Positions 1 through 8,789 are shown, counted from the stretch's first letter. The stretch is 46,570 nt of DNA from Dehalococcoidales bacterium (GCA_035528295.1 DATKYY010000050.1:1-46570); one strand, 5' to 3'. The notes: a model not told the origin generated them from the sequence alone. Translations and numbers: made by a program.

Positions 1-725
1 AAATCGATCTGGCTCTGGTTGGTAAGGGGATAACCTTTGATTCCGGCGGTATTTCCATAAAGCCGTCGGAGGGGATGGGGGAGATGAAGGGAGATATGGC
101 CGGCGGGGCGGCGGTTATGGCTGCCCTCAGCGCCATTGCCCGGCTGAAACCGAAGATTAATGTCATCGCCATCATCCCGGCTACCGAAAATCTGCCCAGC
201 GGCAATGCGCTCAAGCCGGGGGATATCATAATCGCAATGAACGGCAAGACGGTTGAGATTATCTCCACCGATGCCGAGGGAAGACTGGCTTTAGCCGATG
301 CGCTGGCCTATGCCCGGAAACTGGGGGCCAAGCGTATTGTTGATGTGGCTACCCTGACCGGCTCCTGCCGGGTAGCCCTGGGTGATGTTTATACCGGTGT
401 TCTGGGTAATAATCAGAAGCTAATAGACCAGGTGGTCAACGCTGGCCAGGAATCGGGGGAGCTTATCTGGCAGCTGCCGATGCACGAGCGGTATAAAGAG
501 CAGAATAAGAGTGATGTTGCCGATATCAAGAATGTCGGTGGTAAATACGCTGGGGCAATCACGGCCGCCCAGTTTCTGGCTGAATTCGCCGGTGGTGCCC
601 CCTGGGTTCACCTGGATATTGCCGGCACCAGTATGACCGATAAAGAGCGAGCCTATCAGGTTAAAGGGGCTACCGGAGTGCCGGTACGCACTCTGGTCAA
701 CTTTGTTCTGGCGCTTTTGAAGTAG
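1..725 (+). CDS. pepA: leucyl aminopeptidase, peptidase family M17 (C-terminal part; 5' end outside window)
   Basis: Frame is open from nt 3 (IDLALVGKGITFDSGGISIKP...). M17 hallmarks VGKGITFDSGG and TDAEGRL are present. Stop at 723-725. The ORF-track start at 75 is only the first in-window Met. Confidence 0.9.
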   Translation, partial: IDLALVGKGITFDSGGISIKPSEGMGEMKGDMAGGAAVMAALSAIARLKPKINVIAIIPATENLPSGNALKPGDIIIAMNGKTVEIISTDAEGRLALADALAYARKLGAKRIVDVATLTGSCRVALGDVYTGVLGNNQKLIDQVVNAGQESGELIWQLPMHERYKEQNKSDVADIKNVGGKYAGAITAAQFLAEFAGGAPWVHLDIAGTSMTDKERAYQVKGATGVPVRTLVNFVLALLK

Positions 726-791
726 AAATTTAGCCTGAATTATTGACTTAGTATGGTAAAATTGGTAGTTAGAGGAGCCGGGGAATAAGCC

Positions 792-1397
792 TTGGCGATA
801 AATGGCATTGTGCTGGCTGGTGGTAAGGGCTTACGCCTGAGACGGAATAAGGCATTAGAGGCTGTTGGCGATAAGAGTCTGCTGGAGAGGGTAATTTCCA
901 CGCTTAATTTGTTTCAGGGCGATATTATTATCGTTACTTCCCGGGAACAATCTCTGCCGCACTCTATCGATTACCCCAAGTTGAGAATAGTCGCTGACGC
1001 CTATCCCGGCAAGGGCGCTTTGGGCGGCATTTACACCGGCTTGATGGCATCGGGTTCACCCCACAATATAGTCGTTGCCTGCGATATGCCCTTTCTGAAC
1101 CACGACTTGCTGGACTATATGGTACAGCTTGCGCCGGACTACGATGTGGTTGTTCCCCGTTTGGGGAAAATGGTGGAACCCCTGCATGCGGTTTACTCCA
1201 GGAACTGCCTGACGGCTATCGAGTCTTTGCTCAAGCAGAATAGCCTGAGTATTACCAGGCTCTTCAGTCTGGTCAGGGCCAGATATGTGGAGGCTGAGGA
1301 GATTGACCGGTTTGACCCCCGGCACCTGAGCTTTTTCAATATCAACACCGAGGCTGATTTAAAGCGGGCCAGGGAGCTAATCAGGGAAGAAAGTTAA
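792..1397 (+). CDS. mobA: molybdenum cofactor guanylyltransferase (MobA-like)
   Basis: 201 aa with a GIVLAGGKGLRL nucleotidyl-transferase N-terminus. TTG start. The stop overlaps the moeA start (TAATG). Confidence 0.8.
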   Translation: MAINGIVLAGGKGLRLRRNKALEAVGDKSLLERVISTLNLFQGDIIIVTSREQSLPHSIDYPKLRIVADAYPGKGALGGIYTGLMASGSPHNIVVACDMPFLNHDLLDYMVQLAPDYDVVVPRLGKMVEPLHAVYSRNCLTAIESLLKQNSLSITRLFSLVRARYVEAEEIDRFDPRHLSFFNINTEADLKRARELIREES

Positions 1398-2659
1398 TGA
1401 TAAGCGTTGACCAGGCTTTAGACAAAATACTGGGCTATGTATCCGTTCTGGAGGCAGAGCCGGAGCCCATTCTGGAGACTCTGGGTCAGGTTCTGGCTGA
1501 GGATATCTACGCCACGTTTGATATTCCGCCGCTGGACAATTCGGCGATGGACGGCTACGCCGTCAGGGCAGCAGACACCGCTGGGGCCAGCCCGCAATCA
1601 CCCCGGTTGCTGCGGGTGATTGACATTGTTATGGCCGGCTCTATCTCGGAGCGTGAGGTGGTGCCGGGCACGGCGATTCGCATTATGACCGGTGCCCCCA
1701 TACCGCGGGGGGCTGATGCCGTAGCCAGATTTGAGATTACGGATGCGGCGGAGCGAAAAGACGCTACCAGAGAAATAGCTATTCTGGCGGAAATAAAGGC
1801 AGGCAATGACCTCCGCCGTGCCGGTGAGGATATAGCCAAGGGTGCCAGGGTATTAGGTAAGGGGACAGTAATCAGACCGGCCGAGGTCGGTGTTCTGGCC
1901 TCTCTGGGGCGGGCTCAGGTAGCCGTCATCCGCCGCCCCCGGGTGGCTATCCTGGTTACCGGGGATGAATTAGTTGACATAAATAAATCACTACCGAGGG
2001 GCAAGATATATAACAGCAACACCTATAGCCTGGCGGCTCTGGTGCGCCGCTACGGGGGTATTCCCCAGGTTCTGGGGTTAGCCTCGGATAGTGAAGATTT
2101 AATGCGAGCCAAGCTTAACCAGAATCTGGATGCCGATATGCTCATCACTACCGGTGGTGTATCGATGGGCGACTTTGACGTGGTCAAAGACGTCCTGGCC
2201 AGGGAGGGGAAGCTGGTCTTCTGGAAGGTCCGGATGAGGCCGGGGCGACCGGTAACCTTTGGCCTGATTAAGGGACGGAGTAAGGCTGGGGTGGCTAAAG
2301 AAATAGTTCACCTCGGCTTACCGGGCAACCCGGTAAGCGCCATGGTTACCTTTGAGGTATTTGCCCGCCCGGCTATGCTCAAAATGATGGGCCGGGAGAA
2401 TCTGGCTAAGCCAACGATAGAGGCCATAATAGAAGAGCCGATAGCCAATGATGGCGGCTTCCGTATTTTCGCTCGAGCCATAGTAGAGAAGCGTAACGGG
2501 CAGTACTTTGCCCGCTTGACCGGTCCGCAGGGTGCCGGGATTCTGACCTCAATGTCCCGTGCTAACGGGCTGGTAGTGGTCTCCGAGGACAGGCTCAGGG
2601 TGGAAAAGGGAGAGACCGTTCCGGTGATGATGCTGGACTGGAATGAGGAGAGCGGATAA
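1397..2659 (+). CDS. moeA: molybdopterin molybdenumtransferase MoeA
   Basis: 420 aa. MoeA blocks LDNSAMDGYAV, ITTGGVSMGDFD and LPGNPVSA are present. Confidence 0.9.
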   Translation: MISVDQALDKILGYVSVLEAEPEPILETLGQVLAEDIYATFDIPPLDNSAMDGYAVRAADTAGASPQSPRLLRVIDIVMAGSISEREVVPGTAIRIMTGAPIPRGADAVARFEITDAAERKDATREIAILAEIKAGNDLRRAGEDIAKGARVLGKGTVIRPAEVGVLASLGRAQVAVIRRPRVAILVTGDELVDINKSLPRGKIYNSNTYSLAALVRRYGGIPQVLGLASDSEDLMRAKLNQNLDADMLITTGGVSMGDFDVVKDVLAREGKLVFWKVRMRPGRPVTFGLIKGRSKAGVAKEIVHLGLPGNPVSAMVTFEVFARPAMLKMMGRENLAKPTIEAIIEEPIANDGGFRIFARAIVEKRNGQYFARLTGPQGAGILTSMSRANGLVVVSEDRLRVEKGETVPVMMLDWNEESG

Positions 2660-2660
2660 C

Positions 2661-3392
2661 TTGATAGTTGACGCTAAAGAGTTTGTTTTTAAGGCACCGC
2701 CGGCGGTAGCCCGGGCGCAGCGCGTTTTGATTAAGCCCAGTGCCGCTTATCCCGTGCCATACCCGGTGACGACCAGTCGCAAAATGCTGTCGGCAATAAT
2801 AGCCGGCATCAGGCGGGTCAGTGATGCTGATATTCTCCTGCTTGAAGGCGCCCCGGAGGGGAGCCCGGTTCGTCCCGTATATCAAGCCCTGGGTTACGAC
2901 TTCCCCCGCGTATTGATGCCGGATGTCAAGGATTGTATCTGGGTAGAGGTGGATAACCCGCTGACCAAGGCCCTGGCTGTGCCCACTTTCTGGGTGCCCA
3001 ATATCATCCTGTCCAGCGATTACCTGATAAGCGTCACCCCGTTAAAGATTATCAACGGGCAGTGTAATTTTAGCATAATGAACCTGCTTTCCCTGCTGCC
3101 CAGCAGCAAGTATGGTGGTGGCCAGGCGGGGGAGTGGGGGGCTCTATATAGCCTCGGCATAGACCGGGTGGTGGCTGACCTCTATTTTACGCTACCCTTT
3201 GACCTGGGGATTATTGAAGCCCGCCAGAAGTTCACTAGTCTGGGTGACCCGACTCAGGGTGAGGTTGAGGAGTACGGTAAGGTGTTCGTGGGCGAGCCCT
3301 ACCAGGTAGACCGGGAAGCCGCCGAGAAGCTCGGGCTTAAAGCCGGCTATCTTGACCTGATTGAAGAAGCCCGGCTGGATTTCGAAACCTAG
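2661..3392 (+). CDS. DUF362-like protein (function unknown)
   Basis: The VLIKPS... N-terminus and overall layout resemble DUF362 proteins. I prefer the TTG at 2661, which has GAGGAG 9 nt upstream, over the ATG at 2643, which overlaps moeA by 17 nt. Family call is by eye only. Confidence 0.45.
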   Translation: MIVDAKEFVFKAPPAVARAQRVLIKPSAAYPVPYPVTTSRKMLSAIIAGIRRVSDADILLLEGAPEGSPVRPVYQALGYDFPRVLMPDVKDCIWVEVDNPLTKALAVPTFWVPNIILSSDYLISVTPLKIINGQCNFSIMNLLSLLPSSKYGGGQAGEWGALYSLGIDRVVADLYFTLPFDLGIIEARQKFTSLGDPTQGEVEEYGKVFVGEPYQVDREAAEKLGLKAGYLDLIEEARLDFET

Positions 3393-3437
3393 TTTCTGAA
3401 AAAGTGACCGCTACTACGGCTTGGGGCGGGTTAGAGA

Positions 3438-3719
3438 CTAATAGCGGACACTGAAACCGGTGTAGTCTCCGGTGTATTTTGACCAGACGGTTATTACCTT
3501 TTCCACCCTGGCTCCCGGTGGCCCAGCCTGAAGGGAGACGATTAGCTTCTCCAGTTTGTCTCTTTCCCCTTCGGCCTGAACCTCAACCATTCTTTCTGGC
3601 AGGTTGCGCACATAGCCGGTCAGTTCCAGTTCTCTCGCCCGCCGGGAGACGAAGGCACGGAAGAAGATACCCTGAACCAGACCATAGACTACGGCACGCA
3701 GTGAAACTAGGTCACTCAT
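3438..3719 (-). CDS. acyP: acylphosphatase
   Basis: 93 aa. VYGLVQGIFFRAF and GYVRNL acylphosphatase signatures are present. The start overlaps the upstream gene's stop by 4 nt. Confidence 0.85.
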   Translation of the reverse strand: MSDLVSLRAVVYGLVQGIFFRAFVSRRARELELTGYVRNLPERMVEVQAEGERDKLEKLIVSLQAGPPGARVEKVITVWSKYTGDYTGFSVRY

Positions 3720-4585
3720 CTTAAAATAAACCTCAGTGGTGGTGAGGGGCAGGGGCGGTCCAGTCTAACCAAGCCCTGCTGGTGAGCCAGGTCAACGGCT
3801 TCCTGAAACTCGTCGCCGGTTATCGAGCGGGAAATGGGGCGGATAGCTGAGGCCTGGTAGCAGGGGTGATACTGATTCATAATATTCAGGTAGGTATTGG
3901 CGGAGACCTCTTGGGCGAGGAAGCGCACCACTTCTTTAGTCCCCGCTAGGCGGTTGGGCAATATTAAGTGGCGTACCAGCAGACCTCTTTGGGCAACCCC
4001 CTGCTCATCTATCTCAAGGTCGCCGACCTGGCGGTGCATCTCCCTGACGGCTGCCCGGTTTACTTCCGGGTAGTTTTTTATCCCGGACAGCTTTTCCGCC
4101 GTCTTTTCATCGGCGTATTTCATATCGGGCATATAAATATCAACAATGCCGTCCAGCAGCTCCAGTGTCTCCACTGAGTCATAGCCACCGGAGTTGTAAA
4201 CTATAGGTAACTGAAGCCCGTCATCTATGGCTGATACCAGCGCTGCCAGGATATGGGGCACGACATGAGTCGGGCTTACCAGATTTATATTATGGCAGCC
4301 CTTTGCCTGCAGGGAGAGCATCATCCCAGCCAGTTCCCTTCGGTCAACCGTATCGCCTTCACCCAGCTGGCTGATGGTATAGTTCTGGCAAAAGCGGCAG
4401 TGCAGGTTACAATAGGTAAAGAAGATAGTGCCTGAACCGTGCCTGCCCACCAGGGGTGCCTCTTCGCCAAAGTGGGGACCGTAGCTGGAAACCATCGCCT
4501 GAGTAGTAATTTGGCACTCCCCGCTCTCCCCAGCCAGACGGTTAGCCCGGCACTGGCGCGGGCACAGACGGCACTCGGCCAGCAT
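3716..4585 (-). CDS. radical SAM protein, PflX/COG1313-like (putative activase, substrate unknown)
   Basis: CNLHCRFCQN is a CxxxCxxC radical-SAM cluster motif. There is an additional N-terminal Cys group, CRLCPRQC...GEC. Confidence 0.8.
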   Translation of the reverse strand: MLAECRLCPRQCRANRLAGESGECQITTQAMVSSYGPHFGEEAPLVGRHGSGTIFFTYCNLHCRFCQNYTISQLGEGDTVDRRELAGMMLSLQAKGCHNINLVSPTHVVPHILAALVSAIDDGLQLPIVYNSGGYDSVETLELLDGIVDIYMPDMKYADEKTAEKLSGIKNYPEVNRAAVREMHRQVGDLEIDEQGVAQRGLLVRHLILPNRLAGTKEVVRFLAQEVSANTYLNIMNQYHPCYQASAIRPISRSITGDEFQEAVDLAHQQGLVRLDRPCPSPPLRFILR

Positions 4586-4652
4586 TGCCCGGGCTTTGGC
4601 GACTCTAGCTTCTAACTCCCGGCGATGAAGCTGCTGATAAGCGGCGATTATC

Positions 4653-4796
4653 CTACTCCTCTTCCCTGGGCTCCTTCTTGCCTTTTTTGATTAGCTCGAC
4701 TTCGGTGGTGGGTGGCATTATGGTGAGCAGTGGCGCTTTCTTGCCACCCTTTTTGGCTTTCTTCGACTCTCGCTTTCGGAAATCTCGACTTCCCAT
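4653..4796 (-). CDS. candidate small basic protein, 47 aa (MGSRDFRKRESKKAKKGGKKAPLLTIMPPTTEVELIKKGKKEPREEE)
   Basis: ATG preceded by AGAGGTG. It lies 58 nt downstream of the rnc stop and 67 nt upstream of the radical-SAM start, on the same strand. It is below the ORF-track size cut-off. No homology was recognised. Confidence 0.3.
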   Translation of the reverse strand: MGSRDFRKRESKKAKKGGKKAPLLTIMPPTTEVELIKKGKKEPREEE

Positions 4797-4854
4797 GTCA
4801 GCACCTCTATTCTGGGACTTCAGCGATGGCTAACTAGAGTTTAGCAGAGGCAAA

Positions 4855-5556
4855 TTAGAGTGTAAAGTTGACCCCAAGACGCTCCAGTGCGGAGCGGGCG
4901 GCTTCGATGTCGGCGGCTTTCTTGCTCTTCCCGGCCCCCCTTCCCAGCAGGGTATCGCCTATTCTGACCTCAACGGTGAAATTTCTCTCGTGGGCTGGTC
5001 CGGTAGTGGCGACTACCCGGTAGACGGGTATCTTCTTAAGCTTGGCCTGAAAATATTCCTGAAGCTGTGATTTGTGATCAACCGTTACCCCCTGGCTTAC
5101 CGCCTTTTGCAGCGCTTTACCAAATAGCTTCAAGACAATGTTCTCGGTGGTAGCCGGGCCCTGGTCCAGATAAATAGCCGCTATCACTGCTTCCAGGGCT
5201 CGGGCCAGGTTGGCGGGCTTCTTTCGTCCCCCGGTGGCTTCTTCGCCTTTACCCAGATAGAGATAGTCGCCCAGCTTGATGGCGCGGGCGATACGGGCGA
5301 GGGTACCCTGGCAGACCAGGGCGGCGCGTAGTTTGGTCATTTCCCCCTCACTGAGGCGGGGGAAGTCGAGATATAGTTTTTGGGCAATTACCAGACCCAA
5401 TACCGCATCACCCAGAAATTCCGGCCTCTCATTGGAGGCGAGGGGAAAGTTGGGGTTCTCATTGAGGTATGAGTCGTGCACCACTGCCTGCTCAAGAAGA
5501 GCCGGGTTTTTAAGTGAGATGCCCAGGGTTTGTTGCAGTATGGTTAAATCAGCCAA
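4855..5556 (-). CDS. rnc: ribonuclease III
   Basis: ERPEFLGDAVLG RNase III signature with a C-terminal dsRNA-binding domain. TTG start with a GGGAGGG SD. Confidence 0.92.
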   Translation of the reverse strand: MADLTILQQTLGISLKNPALLEQAVVHDSYLNENPNFPLASNERPEFLGDAVLGLVIAQKLYLDFPRLSEGEMTKLRAALVCQGTLARIARAIKLGDYLYLGKGEEATGGRKKPANLARALEAVIAAIYLDQGPATTENIVLKLFGKALQKAVSQGVTVDHKSQLQEYFQAKLKKIPVYRVVATTGPAHERNFTVEVRIGDTLLGRGAGKSKKAADIEAARSALERLGVNFTL

Positions 5557-5591
5557 GGTTACGGCGCCCTCCCTGGAATAATCTGAAGTCC

Positions 5592-5620
5592 AGCATAAAT
5601 CTCTCGCTCTGCCTTGTCAA
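5592..5620 (-). promoter_or_regulatory. candidate sigma70-type promoter for rnc
   Basis: On the minus strand, TTGACA (5620-5615), a 17-nt spacer, then TATGCT (5597-5592). Confidence 0.4.
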
Positions 5621-5655
5621 CTGTGGGCTTCTTTGGGCACAGCCGGCAAGCCTGA

Positions 5656-5684
5656 TTGCCGTAGCTGTAGCCGGGTGTTATAAT
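5656..5684 (+). promoter_or_regulatory. candidate sigma70-type promoter for ORF 5706
   Basis: TTGCCG (5656-5661), a 17-nt spacer, then TATAAT (5679-5684). A GAGG SD precedes the ATG at 5706. Confidence 0.5.
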
Positions 5685-5705
5685 TTAAAGGCGAGGTAAT
5701 ATGCC

Positions 5706-6152
5706 ATGACCGATGAAACCAAGATTCAAGACAAAGAGTTATTCAAGATATCAGGCAGTATTATGAATGAAGGCGGGTTGGAGAGCTTTCTGCGCGATTT
5801 GGAGGCGGAGCAGGTTTTCTGGAACTCGGGAGTGGTCGGAGTAACCAAATTTATCGGCTTTTTTACCACTGAGAGCAACCGATATACCGAGCCCAGACTC
5901 AGGGAAGTATGCGATAGTATGTGCTGTGCCTTGATCGAACTTGCCGATTTTCTCGTCTGCCAGTCTCAGTCCATGGATACCCTGGAGTTCACTGCGGATG
6001 ATACCAAATTTGGCCTCTCTATGTGTGTTGATGCTGACACTCAACATTCCGGTATCGAGGTCAGCAAGGAACGGCTTCATAGCCTGGCCAAAGCTTCTCG
6101 GGAAGCCTATGCGGCTTATCGGGCGGCGGTGAAAGAGGCGCTGCCGCTATAG
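5706..6152 (+). CDS. hypothetical protein, 148 aa, no recognisable domain
   Basis: Clean ORF with its own near-consensus promoter and SD. No motif was recognised. Confidence 0.6.
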   Translation: MTDETKIQDKELFKISGSIMNEGGLESFLRDLEAEQVFWNSGVVGVTKFIGFFTTESNRYTEPRLREVCDSMCCALIELADFLVCQSQSMDTLEFTADDTKFGLSMCVDADTQHSGIEVSKERLHSLAKASREAYAAYRAAVKEALPL

Positions 6153-6210
6153 CAAGCGGAGATACCGGGAAGAGTCTATCTGGTGCCAATTAAGTGACAA
6201 TATCGTGCCC

Positions 6211-6240
6211 TTGCCGTGGCTGGGGGCTGGATGCTATAAT
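6211..6240 (+). promoter_or_regulatory. candidate promoter for tRNA-Gln
   Basis: TTGCCG (6211-6216), an 18-nt spacer, then TATAAT (6235-6240). The tRNA starts 10 nt downstream. Confidence 0.45.
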
Positions 6241-6250
6241 CTCAATACGC

Positions 6251-6324
6251 TGGGGAATCGTCTAGCGGTAGGACAGCAGACTCTGAATCTGCCAGGCCAG
6301 GTTCGAATCCTGGTTCCCCAGCCA
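6251..6324 (+). tRNA. tRNA-Gln (anticodon CTG), CCA encoded
   Basis: Hand-folded cloverleaf: acceptor TGGGGAA/TTCCCCA, anticodon arm GCAGA-CTCTGAA-TCTGC, T arm CCAGG-TTCGAAT-CCTGG, 3' GCCA. Confidence 0.9.
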
Positions 6325-6327
6325 TTT

Positions 6328-6534
6328 TTATTCCTCCCCGTAGAAAATCTGGGGGTGGCACACCAGGTACAGCAGTGAGCCAATAAAAGTAATAAATATA
6401 ATTAATATTGCCCACGGCGCTTTGTGTCCGCCAAGCACTTTGTTTCTTCTGGCCAAGTCCTGTAGCAGCATTAAGGCCAGCACGATGTGCAGGATACAAA
6501 ACAGTAAAAGGGCCAGGTACCATTGTAGGTCCAT
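6328..6534 (-). CDS. small two-helix membrane protein, PLDc_N-like
   Basis: 68 aa with two hydrophobic helices. It resembles cardiolipin-synthase N-terminal-domain mini-proteins. Recognition is by eye only. Confidence 0.55.
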   Translation of the reverse strand: MDLQWYLALLLFCILHIVLALMLLQDLARRNKVLGGHKAPWAILIIFITFIGSLLYLVCHPQIFYGEE

Positions 6535-6650
6535 ATTATTCCCGCCGAAGATTTAGCCTATATTATAAGCGAAAACCGCTGGTCAGGCGAATTCCGGTAT
6601 CAGTTTATCAGCTTCATAACTGCTTGAACAGGGGGAGGCATTGACGGAAA

Positions 6651-7409
6651 TTAGCTTTTAGCCGGCTTGATACGTCGGAAGGTGGTTAGCTGGCAGACGG
6701 TGCCATCTAAATCAACATAGGGAGAAGCCAGCACCTCATAGCTTCGGCCATCGGGGAAGTGGTATTGCCACCCCTCAGTTGTCCCCTCGATAACACCAGG
6801 CAGTTTACAGGTCCGGCAGGGCTCATCCAGCTGGTGCAGATACTGGTAGCAATAAGCGCCAGCGCCTTCACCAAAGTGGTTTACCATGCTGGGATTAGCC
6901 AGTCTTATCTTATAGTCGGGGCCGATAACGACGACCCCGTCCGTCATCGCTTCCAGTATGGTCAGCATGGCCTCTTTCTCGGCGATCAGTCGAACCTCAA
7001 GCTGGCAGCACCGTTTCCATTCCTGGTGTGCCGTTGCCGTCAGGTAACCGAGACCACCGGCAATTACGGTGAAGATTACCATCCTGATAAGCGGGTCGGG
7101 GAAGGGAGAGACAAACAGGGCACGGGGCAGGAATGTCATCAGGGCGATGATGGTAATCATCATCGCGGCCCTGACCCCGAAGACATAACCAGCGTAGACT
7201 ATAGGGGCCATGAACAGGAGGCGGTGCACATCATGCACGCCATAAAGAAAGCCCCAGCGCAGGGCTTCCCATCCCGCCAGGTCAATTATTTCACCGAGGT
7301 AGTAGAATAGAATGCAGAACACCAGCATGGACAAAAGGATGTAGCCACGATAGGCATCGCGCCTTATCGGTGCGGGCAGGGTGATTTTGCTGGCATCAGG
7401 CTTATCCAT
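6651..7409 (-). CDS. membrane sensor-like protein: multi-pass N-terminal domain plus Cys-rich PAS-like domain, no kinase domain
   Basis: The N-terminal membrane region aligns with that of the histidine kinase at 14232 (LLFMAPIVYAGYVFG...FLPRALFVS vs ILYLAPVVWAGFLFG...MLPRAIFIS). The C-terminal ~110 aa is PAS-like with C-x11-C-x2-C. Confidence 0.65.
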   Translation of the reverse strand: MDKPDASKITLPAPIRRDAYRGYILLSMLVFCILFYYLGEIIDLAGWEALRWGFLYGVHDVHRLLFMAPIVYAGYVFGVRAAMMITIIALMTFLPRALFVSPFPDPLIRMVIFTVIAGGLGYLTATAHQEWKRCCQLEVRLIAEKEAMLTILEAMTDGVVVIGPDYKIRLANPSMVNHFGEGAGAYCYQYLHQLDEPCRTCKLPGVIEGTTEGWQYHFPDGRSYEVLASPYVDLDGTVCQLTTFRRIKPAKS

Positions 7410-7463
7410 TCCTCCATCCTCCCAGCTTCTGCCATCAGCTTATCACCGGGCGGGTAATTTTGA

Positions 7464-7484
7464 CTTCCGCCGTGATACCTATTT
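7464..7484 (-). promoter_or_regulatory. 21-nt conserved box (copy A), identical to 13360-13380
   Basis: Plus strand cttccgccgtgatacctattt, 55-75 nt upstream of the ATG at 7409. It is followed by ccaaaat and a second TACCTAG heptamer at 7499-7505. Confidence 0.4.
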
Positions 7485-7569
7485 TTGGCTTCCCAAAATA
7501 CCTAGCCCGGTTCCGGCGCTTAACACTTTACACCTACTGCTGATAGTGTATGGCTAAGTAAATATACCT

Positions 7570-7610
7570 AATGAAATAACGGGCTGGAGCTTCAATTACT
7601 CCAACCCGTT
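7570..7610 (-). terminator. intrinsic terminator after the NrfD-like gene
   Basis: Minus strand AACGGGTTGGAG-(9-nt loop)-CTCCAGCCCGTT, a 12-bp stem with one G-U pair, followed by ATTTCATT. It begins 19 nt after the stop. Confidence 0.55.
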
Positions 7611-7628
7611 ACTTCGTTTCGCTTAGCC

Positions 7629-8789
7629 TTATTCCGCTACCGCTTCTTCATGCTCGGCAATATGCAGGAACCGGTAGGATAGCCAGATGACGAGTAGGGC
7701 ATCGGCGACCAGGGCTACTGAGATGGCAACCTCCATCCAGTGGGGGAAGTAGGTGAAGCCCGGTCGCATGCCCAGGGCAAGCATACTGACGTTGAAGCGG
7801 TTGAGAACCAGACCGAAGATAACCAGCACTGAACCCCAGAAAACGCCACGCCGGTTCTGCCTGATGGCGGGCCGGGAAAGCAGGATGATGGGCGTAACAA
7901 CGCCGATGATAATCTCTGCCCACCACAGCAGATTTATGGGGTAGGCGGTGAAAATCAGACCCAGTTCGCCAGCCACCAGCAGGTCCACCAATTTCAGCAA
8001 CAGGTAAAGGCCGAGGATATAGGGAATTGCCCTGGCCAGACCGCTCAGGACATCTATCGCCAGCTCATGACCGAAGGCTCTGTTGCTGAGCGTAGATTCA
8101 AAGATTACCATGGCTGGGCCGACTGATATTGCCGAAAGGAGGAAGAGAAGCGGTAAAACCGGTGTGTACCACAGGGGGTGCAATGATTGCGGCATCATCA
8201 GCAGCATTGTCCCCAGGGAGGACTGATGCAGGGTGGAGAGGGCGATACCGGCGATAACCAGAGGGATCTGAATTGCCCGGATAACCCGCAGCGGGATACG
8301 CCAGTTGAAGCGCCTGATGACGGGCACGTTAAGTTCGCTTAAGCGTTCAAAGACGGCGGGGCTAAATTCAAGTGCCAGCACTGCGGTATAGGTCATCACG
8401 CATATGGCGACCTCGAACAATGGGGAATGTACATTCCAGTAAATGATGGCGTGCCAGATATACCAGGGTTGTCCCAGGTCTACCAGCAGGGCAAAAATGA
8501 CCAGCAGGTAGCCCAGAAATGCGGTCAGAATGGCCGGTCTAGCCACGGAGTGGTATTTCTCCCGGCCAAAGATGTAGACGATGCCGGCTAGAGTGAAGCC
8601 GCCCGCCGCCAGGGCGACACCGCAGTACAGGTCAAAGCTGATCCAGAACCCCCAGGGACGGCCGTCACTCAGATTGCTGATGGCGCCCAGTCCATTGATG
8701 TAGCGGAGCACCATCGGTATCAGCCCCAGGATAACCAAGCAGCCCAGGATGAAGGTGCCGATAGGTAAAGACTGTCTCAATTGTCTCAT
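7629..8789 (-). CDS. NrfD/PsrC-family integral membrane subunit of a molybdoenzyme complex
   Basis: 386 aa and very hydrophobic, with roughly 10 predicted helices by eye. The start overlaps the Fe-S subunit stop by 4 nt (ATGA). Size and position are typical of NrfD-type anchors. Confidence 0.8.
   Translation of the reverse strand: MRQLRQSLPIGTFILGCLVILGLIPMVLRYINGLGAISNLSDGRPWGFWISFDLYCGVALAAGGFTLAGIVYIFGREKYHSVARPAILTAFLGYLLVIFALLVDLGQPWYIWHAIIYWNVHSPLFEVAICVMTYTAVLALEFSPAVFERLSELNVPVIRRFNWRIPLRVIRAIQIPLVIAGIALSTLHQSSLGTMLLMMPQSLHPLWYTPVLPLLFLLSAISVGPAMVIFESTLSNRAFGHELAIDVLSGLARAIPYILGLYLLLKLVDLLVAGELGLIFTAYPINLLWWAEIIIGVVTPIILLSRPAIRQNRRGVFWGSVLVIFGLVLNRFNVSMLALGMRPGFTYFPHWMEVAISVALVADALLVIWLSYRFLHIAEHEEAVAE

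Noticed and set aside
7565-7571. Third TACCTAA heptamer in region A, considered as part of the regulator site for gene 6651-7409.
   Set aside because: It abuts the fdh-operon terminator tail (7570-7610) and lies about 155 nt from the start codon. It may be fortuitous, so it is mentioned but not relied on.
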